Shown here: positions 42,299-53,319 of the stretch, in pieces
Numbering within the stretch: position 1 is the first letter of the stretch
How the letters are laid out: each line of letters starts with the position of its first letter
From: a virus
Lineage: Duplodnaviria > Caudoviricetes
Reading direction: 5' to 3' (one strand)
Length of the DNA stretch: 64,000 nucleotides
Virus record (IMG/VR): IMGVR_UViG_3300011242_000003
Coordinates: 32,001-96,000 of that record
Notes under the pieces: generated by a model
The model's input: the letters and a program-made list of their open reading frames with translations, nothing else
What the model was told of the DNA's origin: nothing
The model's database searches: none
Position numbers and translations under genes: made by a program

Positions 42299-44029
42299 TT
42301 GATAACATTGAAAAGAGAATCAAACAAGAAAATAATAATAAGTTTTATAGTTGCAATTATATTTATTATTATTTCATTTGCAATAATTAAAATGAACAAA
42401 CAAGATATTCCGTCTATGAATTATTTAGAGTTTTTAAACAAAGCAAATAACAAACAAATCGAGCAGGTGAAAATTAATTTAGATAAGGACGTATTCAAAA
42501 CTAAAGATACTAACGGCAATGAATATCTCGTTAATAATCCCAAATATGATGATTTTAAAAAAGATTTATTGTCTATGAATATTAATGTCAAAGAAATAAA
42601 AGGGTTTGATAAAGATACGTTTATTGATATATCAATAATTGCACTTTTACTTATTGTAATATCATCAAGTGGTGCATTTAAGCAAATAAAATCTATCGAT
42701 AGAGATATAACCAATAATAAAGTTCCTAAAGATATAAGTTTTAAAAATGTAGCAGGATTAACAGCCATAAAAAAAGATATGGATACAATAGTTGATTTTA
42801 TGAAAAACCCACAAAGATATGTTGAAAAAGGTGCAGAAATGCCGAGAGGGGCGATATTATATGGTGAACCAGGAACAGGTAAAACACTTCTTGCTAAGGC
42901 AATAGCAGGTGAAGCAGAAGTTCCATTTTTGAGTGTTTCGGGGTCGGAATTTGTTGAATTATTTGTTGGGCAAGGAGCAAAGAGAGTTAGAAAACTATTT
43001 CATGACGCTAAGGTCAAAGCCCCTTGTATCATATTTATAGATGAAATTGATGCTATAGGTAAGACAAGAGGTAAAGGAGGTACTGCGGGTAATAATGAAT
43101 TGGAACAAACGCTTAATCAATTATTAATTGAGATAGATGGGTTTAATAGTTCGTCAGGTATATTTGTTATAGGTGCAACTAATAGACTAGATACCTTAGA
43201 TAGTGCATTACTTAGACAGGGGAGATTTGACAAACATATTTGTGTACCCTTGCCTTCAACTCCTGAAGAAAGATTAGAAATAATAAAAATGTATTCTAAT
43301 AATAAACTATTTGCCGAAAATGTTGATTTTAATAGTATGGCTAAACAAACCATTGGTTTTAGTCCTGCCGATATAAAATCATTATTAAATGAAGCCACAC
43401 TTATTTCGGTACAACTAAACAAACAACTTGTTGATAGGGAATGTATAGATAAAGCCATATTTAAGAAAGCATTAAAAGGTCACGAAGGAGAAATAAATAA
43501 CAGGGGAAAAGACGAATTAAAACTTATTGCATATCATGAAGCAGGTCATGCAATAACTGCCAGAATATTAGGTATGGATGTTCCTAAGGTTACAATAATA
43601 CCTTCTACAAGTGGTGCGGGAGGAGTTACATTTATAACTCCTAACAAAATTAATTTATTATCAAAAGAAGAAATTGAGAATAATATTATGGTGAAATATG
43701 GCGGTAGAAATGCCGAAAGAATATTATTGAATAATGATAATAAAGTTACGACTGGTGCTGAAGCAGATATAGAATCATCAACTAAACTAATTATGTCAAT
43801 GATAACACAATATGCAATGATTTCAGATTTTGGTATGTTGAATATGTCAGTGATTAAATGTGATAACGATATGATTATAAATAAAGCAATAGAAATATCT
43901 AATGAATTAAATAAAAAATCGTATCAAATATTAATAAACAATATAGACAAATTGGAACAAGTGGCAAATGCACTTATAGAAAAAGAAACAATATCAGGTG
44001 AAGAATTGGATAGAATTATTAAGATTTAG
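42299..44029 (+). CDS. ftsH: ATP-dependent zinc metalloprotease FtsH
   Basis: Two TM helices, [11 protein letters not shown] pore loop, [29 protein letters not shown]. Confidence 0.95.
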   Translation: MITLKRESNKKIIISFIVAIIFIIISFAIIKMNKQDIPSMNYLEFLNKANNKQIEQVKINLDKDVFKTKDTNGNEYLVNNPKYDDFKKDLLSMNINVKEIKGFDKDTFIDISIIALLLIVISSSGAFKQIKSIDRDITNNKVPKDISFKNVAGLTAIKKDMDTIVDFMKNPQRYVEKGAEMPRGAILYGEPGTGKTLLAKAIAGEAEVPFLSVSGSEFVELFVGQGAKRVRKLFHDAKVKAPCIIFIDEIDAIGKTRGKGGTAGNNELEQTLNQLLIEIDGFNSSSGIFVIGATNRLDTLDSALLRQGRFDKHICVPLPSTPEERLEIIKMYSNNKLFAENVDFNSMAKQTIGFSPADIKSLLNEATLISVQLNKQLVDRECIDKAIFKKALKGHEGEINNRGKDELKLIAYHEAGHAITARILGMDVPKVTIIPSTSGAGGVTFITPNKINLLSKEEIENNIMVKYGGRNAERILLNNDNKVTTGAEADIESSTKLIMSMITQYAMISDFGMLNMSVIKCDNDMIINKAIEISNELNKKSYQILINNIDKLEQVANALIEKETISGEELDRIIKI

Positions 44030-44075
44030 AATTTAGTGTATGGTTGTGGGTAACCCTTAACCCTCTTAAAATGAG

Positions 44076-44258
44076 GTGATATTTATGAAATTTAATACTA
44101 TTGAGGAATTAATGGATTGCCAGAAAAACGAATTGACTAATATTATGAGAGAAACGATAGATGTTGAATTAAGCGAAATATATAAAAGGAATCCTATTAA
44201 AGTATTGAAAGAAATATACGGTGTTGTAGAAGAGAATGAGGATATTAGAAGATTTTAA
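44076..44258 (+). CDS. Hypothetical protein
   Basis: GAGGTG RBS. Confidence 0.6.
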   Translation: MIFMKFNTIEELMDCQKNELTNIMRETIDVELSEIYKRNPIKVLKEIYGVVEENEDIRRF

Positions 44259-44271
44259 AGGAAGTGATTGA

Positions 44272-44523
44272 ATGACTAATTATGAAACATTTCAATTGGC
44301 AGAAGATATTAAGAACCTTGATATGTGTTACGTTGGAAAAGATAATAAATTGCATAAAATAAAAAGTGCATATGAATTAAACCATGATTTGGTTATTGTT
44401 AACAATATGGTCACAAGTGAAGAATATATTTCTAATAATAACCAAGATAATATCATTTTAAGCAAGGATTCACTAGTAAGTGGATTTAAAGTTACAATTA
44501 TTCCAAAACAAAAGTTATTATAA
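44272..44523 (+). CDS. Hypothetical protein
   Basis: AAGGA RBS. Confidence 0.65.
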   Translation: MTNYETFQLAEDIKNLDMCYVGKDNKLHKIKSAYELNHDLVIVNNMVTSEEYISNNNQDNIILSKDSLVSGFKVTIIPKQKLL

Positions 44524-44583
44524 AAGAATTATTTTAAGTGGTAATTTGTAGATAAGGTGAATTTGAAATAAGGAGGATTTTTT

Positions 44584-44874
44584 ATGGAATATTATTTTGA
44601 GCATCCTGTTATTACAGGTATTGTGCCAGTAGATAATAAGGAGTTAATAGAACAACTTAATAATATGGAACTAAAAGTGGGACTGGAAATAAAATTTAAA
44701 AACACACCACCTGTTTATATTAAATCAATAGAAGACGGTATGGTCATTTTAAGCAAAGACAAAGGTGAACTATCAGCTTGTTGTAATTCCCCAGTAAAGA
44801 GAAGTCCTAAGTTAGCAGGGTATAAACCCTATTGCATAAGATGTAATAAGGAATGCGAAATTAAGAGTAGTTAG
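44584..44874 (+). CDS. Hypothetical protein with C-terminal Zn ribbon
   Basis: SACC...CIRC...C. Confidence 0.7.
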   Translation: MEYYFEHPVITGIVPVDNKELIEQLNNMELKVGLEIKFKNTPPVYIKSIEDGMVILSKDKGELSACCNSPVKRSPKLAGYKPYCIRCNKECEIKSS

Positions 44875-44918
44875 GTTCACAATACAAGGACAAAGCGAAC
44901 TAAACAGGAGGTGGAACA

Positions 44919-45167
44919 ATGAATAAGTTTCCAATACTCAATTCTGAACCGAAAGAATATATTCCGTTAGATGTAGCAAAATCACATGAAAAACAAGCAA
45001 TTATTAATCATGGTCAAACATTGGAACGATTAGCGGAGCGTGGCGGTCTTGATTGGGTTGAAATGTTATTTGTCTTAGAAGATAAAAATTATGATTTTCA
45101 TACTAAATTAACTGAAATGTCTGCAAGAACTAAAGTATTAGAAATGGTTAGAAAAAGTAGTACGTAA
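44919..45167 (+). CDS. Hypothetical phage protein (NHGQTLERLAERGGL motif)
   Basis: AGGAGG RBS; conserved-looking motif. Confidence 0.75.
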   Translation: MNKFPILNSEPKEYIPLDVAKSHEKQAIINHGQTLERLAERGGLDWVEMLFVLEDKNYDFHTKLTEMSARTKVLEMVRKSST

Positions 45168-45237
45168 TTCAAGTATATTATAGTATAAAGACACATTAAA
45201 TCATTAATTATAAGATAATAGAGGAGGAGAATGTATT

Positions 45238-45555
45238 ATGGAGAATAATAAAAATTTTTTCACATTAGGAGCAGATGCAAAGAAAAGATTGGATGATAAA
45301 AATATAAATCACACTAACATATGTCTTACAGAGGATGAGGTTAATGAGTTAAAAACACAACGAGAAAAAGTGGATGTTTTATACAAGAAAATTCATAAGA
45401 AACAACTTATTTCAGAAAAAGATATTGTTGATTTGAATACTAAAGATATGGTGCTTTTATTAAATATGTTAGGGCAGGATATTAAAAAATTATACAATAA
45501 AGTTGTACTAGATAATAAACCAGAAGAAAACATTATTGGTGTGGATATCCTATAG
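45238..45555 (+). CDS. Hypothetical protein
   Basis: GGAGG RBS. Confidence 0.7.
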   Translation: MENNKNFFTLGADAKKRLDDKNINHTNICLTEDEVNELKTQREKVDVLYKKIHKKQLISEKDIVDLNTKDMVLLLNMLGQDIKKLYNKVVLDNKPEENIIGVDIL

Positions 45556-45611
45556 TTAATGTTCACTATTAACACATTAAAACAATAATTCTATAACAAA
45601 AGGAGAAGAAT

Positions 45612-45929
45612 ATGAGCAATTTTAAACTAGAATTAGCTAATGAATTTGAAGAAGAGTCAAGTAAAAAGAAATTTATAGAAATGATGAAAGATAAAACTTC
45701 TAAAACACAATTTTTTAATTTTTTAAAATCAAGACAATACCAAAATCTAATAAAAGACATTGACTCAGACCAACTAGTAGAAGATTTTACAAAGGCAATG
45801 GATGAAGGTTTTACGCTAGATGAAATAATGAAACAATATGAAGAATATCAAGCAACTGAGATGACTTCTGAACAAGTGGAAGAACGTAGAGCCGAAATTC
45901 TAAGGAGTGGGAAAAAATTATTACAATGA
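45612..45929 (+). CDS. Hypothetical protein
   Basis: AAGGAG RBS. Confidence 0.7.
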   Translation: MSNFKLELANEFEEESSKKKFIEMMKDKTSKTQFFNFLKSRQYQNLIKDIDSDQLVEDFTKAMDEGFTLDEIMKQYEEYQATEMTSEQVEERRAEILRSGKKLLQ

Positions 45930-45999
45930 GAATGTTAGAAGTGCTATTGATTAAATTAAATGGTAGAAATGTTATTGAAACATAAGAGAGGAAGAATAG

Positions 46000-46272
46000 A
46001 TGATGTATGAGAATATAAAAGAAAGAATAAAATCAATGAGTGTTAATGAATTAAATCATTTTAGAGTACTTAATACATTATACAAAATAGAATTTAAATT
46101 ATTTGAAATAGGTAATATTGAATTTTTAGCTGTTAGTGGTGGTGGAGTTGGTTTATTAACATTTTCTAAATGTCAGGTAGACAATGATATTGATTATGTA
46201 ATAGATGAAATTAATAAAAGTGCTTTTAAGGGACTTGATTTAAATATAGAAGATAGTTTATGGCTTGATTAA
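46000..46272 (+). CDS. Hypothetical protein
   Basis: GAGG RBS. Confidence 0.65.
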   Translation: MMYENIKERIKSMSVNELNHFRVLNTLYKIEFKLFEIGNIEFLAVSGGGVGLLTFSKCQVDNDIDYVIDEINKSAFKGLDLNIEDSLWLD

Positions 46273-46309
46273 ATTAATCATTTTATAGGTATAAATTGGA
46301 GATGAATTT

Positions 46310-46492
46310 ATGAAATCTGAAAAAGAGATAAGAGAAGAAATTGAAGCAACAAAAAGAACGATGAGTAATTATAGAAAAGCATTTAAGGAAGGTAAAATTA
46401 CAAAAGATATTTTAAAAAGCAATATACTTGATTGTAATGCAACTGTTGACGCATTGCGATGGGTTCTGGGTGAAAACGATAGATATGATTAA
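46310..46492 (+). CDS. Hypothetical phage protein (MKSEKEI...ALRWVL)
   Basis: GGAG RBS. Confidence 0.65.
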   Translation: MKSEKEIREEIEATKRTMSNYRKAFKEGKITKDILKSNILDCNATVDALRWVLGENDRYD

Positions 46493-46545
46493 TTTTAAAT
46501 TCAAATAAATTTATAGAAAAAGAGAATTAATGACGAGGTGAAATA

Positions 46546-46839
46546 ATGAATAAATTTACTGATAAACAAATAGAAAATTTTACAAAAGAACTAGTAGAGG
46601 TAAACGTAAATATATGGTCGGCATTATGTTCTTGTGAGGATTTAATGTCCAATGATATTATAAAATATTTAAAAACTAACGAAGATGAAAGTTTACTTAA
46701 AATAATAGCACAAAAATTTGATAAACTATCCGTCAACAGTGATACTGAATTTGCAGAGCCTGAGTTAAACGATGGTATGTTGGCTGATTTTGAACAATTG
46801 GGCAAAGATATTAATAGATATAGAGAGGGTGATATTTAA
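46546..46839 (+). CDS. Hypothetical protein
   Basis: GAGGTG RBS. Confidence 0.7.
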   Translation: MNKFTDKQIENFTKELVEVNVNIWSALCSCEDLMSNDIIKYLKTNEDESLLKIIAQKFDKLSVNSDTEFAEPELNDGMLADFEQLGKDINRYREGDI

Positions 46840-46840
46840 T

Positions 46841-47266
46841 ATGAAATCTATGCCAAAAGAGATAAAACAAAAACTTAGAAGAATAAGCAAACTTAATAAA
46901 GAGGTGAGCGATTTATCGAGCGAAGTGTATGATATTTTAGAAGGATATGGTATAAATATGGATGACTTTGATGATTACACTGAGAATGAGAATTTCGTTG
47001 CAGTTATAAATGGTGGAGAAGATAATATTGAAGATTATATCAAAGAGATTGAAAAAGCATTTTTGAAGGTTTTAAATAAAAATAATATCATTAAGGAAAA
47101 GGGTAGATACATTCCATGCTGTTATAATTGTAAAAATAATGATTTTCCAAGTAATTTTAATCGCAAAGGCTATGATGTTGATGGGTATAGATTTATTTGT
47201 AAAAATTGTGGAGAAGTACTACGGTTAACCAATGAAGAGTATAATGAATTAGGTATCAAAGAATGA
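46841..47266 (+). CDS. Hypothetical protein with C-terminal Zn ribbon
   Basis: GAGGG RBS before ATG at 46841; CYNC...CKNC. Confidence 0.7.
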   Translation: MKSMPKEIKQKLRRISKLNKEVSDLSSEVYDILEGYGINMDDFDDYTENENFVAVINGGEDNIEDYIKEIEKAFLKVLNKNNIIKEKGRYIPCCYNCKNNDFPSNFNRKGYDVDGYRFICKNCGEVLRLTNEEYNELGIKE

Positions 47267-47385
47267 CAATAAATTGAAGGTTTTAACTGTAAAATTATAG
47301 GAATAATTTTCAATATGTTTTAAATCATAATCATTTGGTGTATAATATATTAATGATTATATAAAAACAAGGACGGTGCTTACAA

Positions 47386-49305
47386 TTGAAAGATATATGT
47401 AAGGCAGATGGGTGTGTAGGGGAAGTTGAGAAAAATGGTTATTGCAATAAACATATTCAACAAATTAAAAAACATGGTAGATTAACTCCAGAACTCGAAA
47501 GAGGAAAAATAAGTACCCTTAATAAGTGTTTAGTAGAAGGCTGTGATAAAAATGTATACGCAAAGGGGTATTGTCAAAGGCATTATCTACAAATAAAAAA
47601 ATATGGGAAGATAGTTTCTGTTGCCAACCGATATAATAAAAACAAAAATAAAATCTGTAAAGTTGAAGGATGTAATAATGACTCTTTTGCAAAAGGATAT
47701 TGTCAAAAGCATTATGGTCAATTGAGATATAGTAAGAGAATTAAAGATGGAAGAGTGTTGGAAAGCAAAGACAAACCCATGCCAAAAAGTAAGGTTAATA
47801 CATGTTTGGTTAAAAATTGCAATAATGAGATTTATGCAAAAGGATATTGCCAGAAACACTATTTCCAATTGTATAATTATGGCAAGGTTATGGGGGAAAA
47901 GGGAGAAGTCGAGCCGAAAACTTGTATCGTTAAAAACTGTAAAGAAATAGTTTTCAAGGAAGGGTATTGTAAAAGTCATTATGAAAAGTTTCAATCTTAT
48001 AATGATTTTGGTGAAGAAGGTAGCAACAAATGTAGAGTAAAGGGATGTGATAGAGAGCAACACTCGAAAGGATTCTGTAGTTTTCATTACGCTCATTTTA
48101 AGCAATTTGGTGAAATATTATATGTAACCCCACAAAGAAAAAAGGGAGTCTCAAAGAATGAACACTATAAAAAATATTGGTTAGGTGAGAATAAATTGGA
48201 TAAGAATAGTCAAACTGAACAGAAACTAAAGAATGACAAAAATATTGAAATACAAGAACCATCTTTAACTAAAAATAATGATAAAAAGATATGTTTAGTA
48301 GAAGGTTATAATGATACAGCAAAATCAAAAGGCTATTGTGACAAGTATGAATATAAAGATGATTTGGCTAAAAATAAAAACATGGATAATACAGAAATAA
48401 AAAAACAAGATGTCAAAGATGTAAATATGGAATCCAAGGAGGCTTATAGAAAATGCTCAGTAGAGGGGTGCAATGGAAAACATAAAGCTAAAGGTTATTG
48501 CATATATCATTACAACCAGTTTAAAAGACATGGGAAAATATTAGACAACACAAAGGAATCATTTAATAAGGAAATTAAATATTGTCCTGTAGAAGGCTGT
48601 ACTAATACTGTCACGACAAAAGGATATTGCCAGAAACATTACTACAAGTTTAAGACTTATGGAAATCCACTGCAAGAAAATAAATCACAAAGGGGTAGAA
48701 AATGTTCAATAGAAGGTTGTAATGAAAAACATAAAGCCAAGGGATATTGTGACAAACATTATCATCAATATAAATCACGCTTGTTAAAAGCTAGTCGTGA
48801 ACCTAAAGTCAAAGTAGAAAAACCTAAAGTTAAAGTAGAAAAACCTAAAGTTAAAGTAGAAAAACCTAAATATTGTAAAGTTCAAGATTGTAATAATGTT
48901 TTATTTATTAGAGGGTATTGTATGAAACACTATAAACAAATAATGAAATATAAAAGGATTTTGAGTGAAGAAGAAGTTTTAAAAATAAAACATCTAAAAT
49001 GTATGAAGGACGGATGTTTTAATAAGGTATTCCACTTGGGTTACTGTGAAGAACATTATAATGAATACTATTGTGGAGATGATAATAAAATGAATATAAA
49101 TGATAATGCAGACAATAATCATGATGATAATCACGCAGAGGCTATAGGGAACAATAATATTATCTGTAATAAATGTAGAAAATTAATTGATGATGAACAA
49201 GTTTCCACTGTTAATTTTAAGCCATTCAATACAGATAATATAGAATTAAAATTATGCAATAAATGTTCCAATAGCTTAATAAAATGGATGCTAAGAGTAG
49301 ATTAA
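47386..49305 (+). CDS. Protein with 12 tandem C-x4-C-x9-C-x2-H Zn-finger-like repeats and a C-terminal C4 ribbon
   Basis: Repeats such as CLVEGCDKNVYAKGYCQRHY (11 intact, 1 degenerate); CNKC...CNKC at the end. Confidence 0.85.
   Translation: MKDICKADGCVGEVEKNGYCNKHIQQIKKHGRLTPELERGKISTLNKCLVEGCDKNVYAKGYCQRHYLQIKKYGKIVSVANRYNKNKNKICKVEGCNNDSFAKGYCQKHYGQLRYSKRIKDGRVLESKDKPMPKSKVNTCLVKNCNNEIYAKGYCQKHYFQLYNYGKVMGEKGEVEPKTCIVKNCKEIVFKEGYCKSHYEKFQSYNDFGEEGSNKCRVKGCDREQHSKGFCSFHYAHFKQFGEILYVTPQRKKGVSKNEHYKKYWLGENKLDKNSQTEQKLKNDKNIEIQEPSLTKNNDKKICLVEGYNDTAKSKGYCDKYEYKDDLAKNKNMDNTEIKKQDVKDVNMESKEAYRKCSVEGCNGKHKAKGYCIYHYNQFKRHGKILDNTKESFNKEIKYCPVEGCTNTVTTKGYCQKHYYKFKTYGNPLQENKSQRGRKCSIEGCNEKHKAKGYCDKHYHQYKSRLLKASREPKVKVEKPKVKVEKPKVKVEKPKYCKVQDCNNVLFIRGYCMKHYKQIMKYKRILSEEEVLKIKHLKCMKDGCFNKVFHLGYCEEHYNEYYCGDDNKMNINDNADNNHDDNHAEAIGNNNIICNKCRKLIDDEQVSTVNFKPFNTDNIELKLCNKCSNSLIKWMLRVD
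48800..48870 (+). repeat. 21-bp in-frame tandem repeat (KPKVKVE x3)
   Basis: AACCTAAAGTYAAAGTAGAAA three times plus a partial copy. Confidence 0.9.
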
Positions 49306-49333
49306 ATAAGGAGTTAATGACTATTGGATAGAG

Positions 49334-50821
49334 GTGATAATTTTGAAACAAACGATGAAAATAAAAGAAAAATCTTATGATAATAGAGAGAATAATATGG
49401 ATGATTTTTTAAAAAAGAAAAAACTTCTTCAGGAACAATTTATAAAAAATACAACGAAATCATCACAGAAAATTTTACAAGTTGAAAATGAGATTAGTTC
49501 TGATAATTTACAGATTGAGACATATAAGCAAGAATTAATTAATATTAAAAAAGAGAATTTAAAATTAAAAAAAGAAAACAAGTTTAAAGATAAAAAAGTT
49601 GAAGATAAAAACAGGGAAGTTTATAAATATAAAATAAAAATGGCAAACTTAAATGAAAAAATTAAAAGTTTAGAAAGTGAAAATAAATCCATATTAGAAA
49701 CAAACTCTGAGTTATTAACTAAAAATGAAAAGATAAGAGATGAGCAGAGTTATTACAATAATAAGATATTGGAATTAAATAATCTTGTAAAAACATTAGG
49801 GGAATCAAATTTATTAGAAGAAAATAATAATTTAAAAACATCGTTGCAGGAATTAAAATTGAAAAATAACACCTATATTGAAACAATAGATAGTTTTAGA
49901 GTGGGTATAGAACGTAAGAATAATATTATTAAAAAGTTGAATGATTCAGACAATAAAGAAATTATAAAAACATTAAGGGAAAAGATAAAAAATCAAAAGC
50001 ATGTTATTGTAACATTAGAGGAGAGATTAAAAACTCTTCAGAGCCAATCATTAAAAGATAGTCTTGTTAAAAGATTTATTGTATTTTTTGATAAACTAAA
50101 AGATAGTTTTAAAAAATCAGTAAAGAAAGATAATGTTGACGATATTAAGCCAACTAATAAAATTGACATAGATACAAAAGAACCTGTTATAAAAGAATAT
50201 CAATATGGGATACTTGAAAAATATGCAAATAGATATATATTTAAAAATGTAAATGGAAAAGAATATTTGATATTAAAGAATAATGATAGTATAGTTAAAT
50301 CCATGAAAAAGAATTTAGGAAATCCATGTATGGCAAGTATAACAACAAAAGATGAAGCAATAATTGAAAGAATATATAATAAACAAAATAAGTATATTGA
50401 TGAAATGGTTGGTGATAGATTAGTTAAAGGTAAATCTGTTATGAATAAAATTAGAGATGATGAAGAGAAAGAGCAATTTGTTATATCAACAGAAAAAGAA
50501 TATAAAATATTGATAATAGGCTCTCTTTATAAAAACAAATATGTAAAGGCTTTATCAGATGTTGGCATTGAAAATATAGTATGGTTTGATTCATATGAAA
50601 ATGGAATTCCACGATTAAAAGAATTACTTAAGAGCAGTGATATTGTGCTGTGTTGCACTTCTCATTCAAGACATGGAACTAGTGAGCTTTTAAAAACTTT
50701 AAAATTGGAAGACAAGAATAATCCATTTAAATATAATATTGTAAAAGATGATAATGTAGATAATATTATATCAAGAGTTAGGTTCGTTATTAGTAGTTTA
50801 GATAGCAATTATAATTATTGA
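49334..50821 (+). CDS. Long coiled-coil protein with C-terminal DUF2325-like domain
   Basis: Heptad K/E/N-rich region; KILIIG...SDIVLCCTSHSRH. Confidence 0.7.
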   Translation: MIILKQTMKIKEKSYDNRENNMDDFLKKKKLLQEQFIKNTTKSSQKILQVENEISSDNLQIETYKQELINIKKENLKLKKENKFKDKKVEDKNREVYKYKIKMANLNEKIKSLESENKSILETNSELLTKNEKIRDEQSYYNNKILELNNLVKTLGESNLLEENNNLKTSLQELKLKNNTYIETIDSFRVGIERKNNIIKKLNDSDNKEIIKTLREKIKNQKHVIVTLEERLKTLQSQSLKDSLVKRFIVFFDKLKDSFKKSVKKDNVDDIKPTNKIDIDTKEPVIKEYQYGILEKYANRYIFKNVNGKEYLILKNNDSIVKSMKKNLGNPCMASITTKDEAIIERIYNKQNKYIDEMVGDRLVKGKSVMNKIRDDEEKEQFVISTEKEYKILIIGSLYKNKYVKALSDVGIENIVWFDSYENGIPRLKELLKSSDIVLCCTSHSRHGTSELLKTLKLEDKNNPFKYNIVKDDNVDNIISRVRFVISSLDSNYNY

Positions 50822-50842
50822 TATGAGAAAGAGGTTTATAAA

Positions 50843-51106
50843 ATGGTAGTAGTAAATTGTGGAGTAGAACAATTAATGCAGATGATAGAAGAACAGGACG
50901 TAGAGGTTGTTATGATTAATTATTTATTATCTCCTGACGGAAAGATTTGTAATAATTATACGATAATGAATGTGGAGAAGGGTAGCAAAGTTTGGTTTGA
51001 AAATTGTTTAATTGTTTATAGGAAGATGGTAAAAGATGAAAAGGCTTACCCTATGTTTGGTACGATTGTTTATGATGAAGCTGAAATTAAAAGGATAAAT
51101 GGTTGA
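50843..51106 (+). CDS. Hypothetical protein
   Basis: GAGG RBS. Confidence 0.7.
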   Translation: MVVVNCGVEQLMQMIEEQDVEVVMINYLLSPDGKICNNYTIMNVEKGSKVWFENCLIVYRKMVKDEKAYPMFGTIVYDEAEIKRING

Positions 51107-51234
51107 GAATAAATTCGCAATTTTAAAAGGGAATACTTCTCTTTTAAATAAATCAATAGAATAAAATATTAAAAATAGTGTTGACAATATATAGAATCAG
51201 TGGTAATATTAATATTGTAAGGGAGATGATGAAA

Positions 51235-51696
51235 ATGAGTAGAATTAAAATCTCAATGAATCAAAGCAGTAGTGGATGGAATACACTTATGAAAAAATAC
51301 TATATAAGCTTTCAAGTAACAAAAGATAATGAAGAGTTTTATCATGTATTTTTAAATCATGGGAAATTTAATGAAGAAGATACTGTGTTTATCAGTCTTT
51401 TTAAGTTGGCAGATGAAGAATTCTTAATAGAAAACAATATTGATTATATAGTTGATAAAGACAATAATATAATACCAATTGGCATTATTGATTTTCAACA
51501 ACAGGATAAGAGATGTTGTGAAGATGTGTTTCGATGTATTGTTACAAGTAAAGATGAATTGTATAAATGTAATGAAATTATAGACAATATAGTTAAGGCA
51601 ATTAAGATAAAATATAAAAGTGAAAAATTCATAGATATGTTTAATACAAGCAAACATAATTCAATTAATTTAGTTAAAGAAATAGGCTTAGAGTAA
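51235..51696 (+). CDS. Hypothetical protein
   Basis: Promoter TTGACA at 51181 with operator; GGGAG RBS. Confidence 0.7.
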   Translation: MSRIKISMNQSSSGWNTLMKKYYISFQVTKDNEEFYHVFLNHGKFNEEDTVFISLFKLADEEFLIENNIDYIVDKDNNIIPIGIIDFQQQDKRCCEDVFRCIVTSKDELYKCNEIIDNIVKAIKIKYKSEKFIDMFNTSKHNSINLVKEIGLE

Positions 51697-51783
51697 TAAC
51701 TAATTACACAAAAGATAAACCTCTTTTGAGGTAAGTTAAATCAATAAATAAATATGTACTAATATAAAGCATATAGAGGTGAA

Positions 51784-52167
51784 ATGATGATATCAAAAAT
51801 AATATGGAAAATCATGAGACATTTTGAAGATAAGTTAACTGTATATATAATTCAAGACGAGTATAAAAATAACAGAATTTTTATTCCAAATAAAAAACAA
51901 AGTGAATGGAAAATATCTTATGTGGAAAAAACAAATTATGGAGTAGAGATATCTGGTAATATGTTATATGATGATTTTATATATAAAATTATACCTATGA
52001 AACCATATAATTTTTATAATACATACCCCGATAAAGAAAATAATTCAGTTTATAAACTATATGGGAAATTAAGAGAACAGTATAAACCAAATGCAAAAGA
52101 ATGTATTAATATGGTTTCAAATTTTCTATTTTTTATTATAGGTTTAATAATAGGAATTATTTTTTAA
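51784..52167 (+). CDS. Hypothetical protein with C-terminal TM helix
   Basis: GAGGTG RBS. Confidence 0.7.
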   Translation: MMISKIIWKIMRHFEDKLTVYIIQDEYKNNRIFIPNKKQSEWKISYVEKTNYGVEISGNMLYDDFIYKIIPMKPYNFYNTYPDKENNSVYKLYGKLREQYKPNAKECINMVSNFLFFIIGLIIGIIF

Positions 52168-52253
52168 TAATCAAATAAAACAAATATTTTAAAAGGATAA
52201 TATATTAAATTTAAGGAGAAAATATGGATTTAATCGTGGGAGAGTGAGATTAT

Positions 52254-52646
52254 ATGATTAAAGGATTGGGAACAGAACACTATTCAGTAAAACAAAATGA
52301 ATTAGCTAGTAATTTTGTAGACTTGCATTGGAAAGAAGATGACAGCTATAGCACTATACCTATTGAAGATTTAGATGAGATTGTAGAGCTAATTCAAAGT
52401 TATAAAAAATATGTATTAAAAGAAACTCCTAAATATCCATTCATGGAATGTACAAACAAATGGATGACTAAAAATGGAGAAGAATTAGAGTTAGCAAGTA
52501 TGACTAGAAAACACTTAAAAAATTGTAAATCAATGATAGAAAGTATCTGCCATGATGAAAAGTTAAATGCAACAGATTATATTATATATAATAATATAGT
52601 AGAGGAATTAAATATCAAAAATATGGAACGATTTAATAGATATTAG
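52254..52646 (+). CDS. Hypothetical phage protein
   Basis: W.TKNG....L..M...HL.N motif. Confidence 0.7.
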   Translation: MIKGLGTEHYSVKQNELASNFVDLHWKEDDSYSTIPIEDLDEIVELIQSYKKYVLKETPKYPFMECTNKWMTKNGEELELASMTRKHLKNCKSMIESICHDEKLNATDYIIYNNIVEELNIKNMERFNRY

Positions 52647-52659
52647 AGGTGAAAAGTAA

Positions 52660-53076
52660 ATGGAATTTATAAGTGCAGAAGAATTTTTAAAACAGCCTGT
52701 AGAAGTCCGAGAAGTATTTATAGAGTGGTGGAAGCCGAGTGTGGGAGATTTATATTGTAATTTGTATAATGGTCAGCAGGACAATATTTTAGTTGTAAAT
52801 AATGTTCAGTTAGAATTATTTAAGACATTTTCAAATGATATTAAAAGATATGGAGTGATTTTATTCACAGAAGGTCAGCTTAGAAAGCTTATTGAGGATA
52901 AGACAGGATATCATTTAGAAATTTCAGCAGAAATTGGGACAGGACGTTATGTAGCTGATTTCTACAAAAATAATAAATCTAACAGATGCGGAAGAAAGAT
53001 GATTAAAACACTGGAAACGGATTTACTTCAAGCATATTGGGAAATAGCTTGTGAGATAGCAAAGGAGAGCATATAA
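52660..53076 (+). CDS. Hypothetical phage protein
   Basis: WWKPSVGD...LFTEGQL..IE. Confidence 0.75.
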   Translation: MEFISAEEFLKQPVEVREVFIEWWKPSVGDLYCNLYNGQQDNILVVNNVQLELFKTFSNDIKRYGVILFTEGQLRKLIEDKTGYHLEISAEIGTGRYVADFYKNNKSNRCGRKMIKTLETDLLQAYWEIACEIAKESI

Positions 53077-53109
53077 AAAGTAAATTTTAAGCGAATTGGA
53101 AGTGATATT

Positions 53110-53319
53110 ATGGAATTAAAATTAAGTTGTGTTTGTTGTGGAAACACAGAGTTTTCCACGGAAATGGGGATAATAACAACTAATTTAACCAATGATTGTT
53201 CACATACACATAATGTAAATATAGTAAAAGATAATAAAATTATATGTAGTAAATGTGGATTAGAAGACTATATTAAAAATTTAGAAATTAAAATTTGTTA
53301 TCAAGAGGAGTGTGAATAA
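53110..53319 (+). CDS. Small Zn-ribbon protein
   Basis: CVCCG...CSKCG. Confidence 0.65.
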   Translation: MELKLSCVCCGNTEFSTEMGIITTNLTNDCSHTHNVNIVKDNKIICSKCGLEDYIKNLEIKICYQEECE

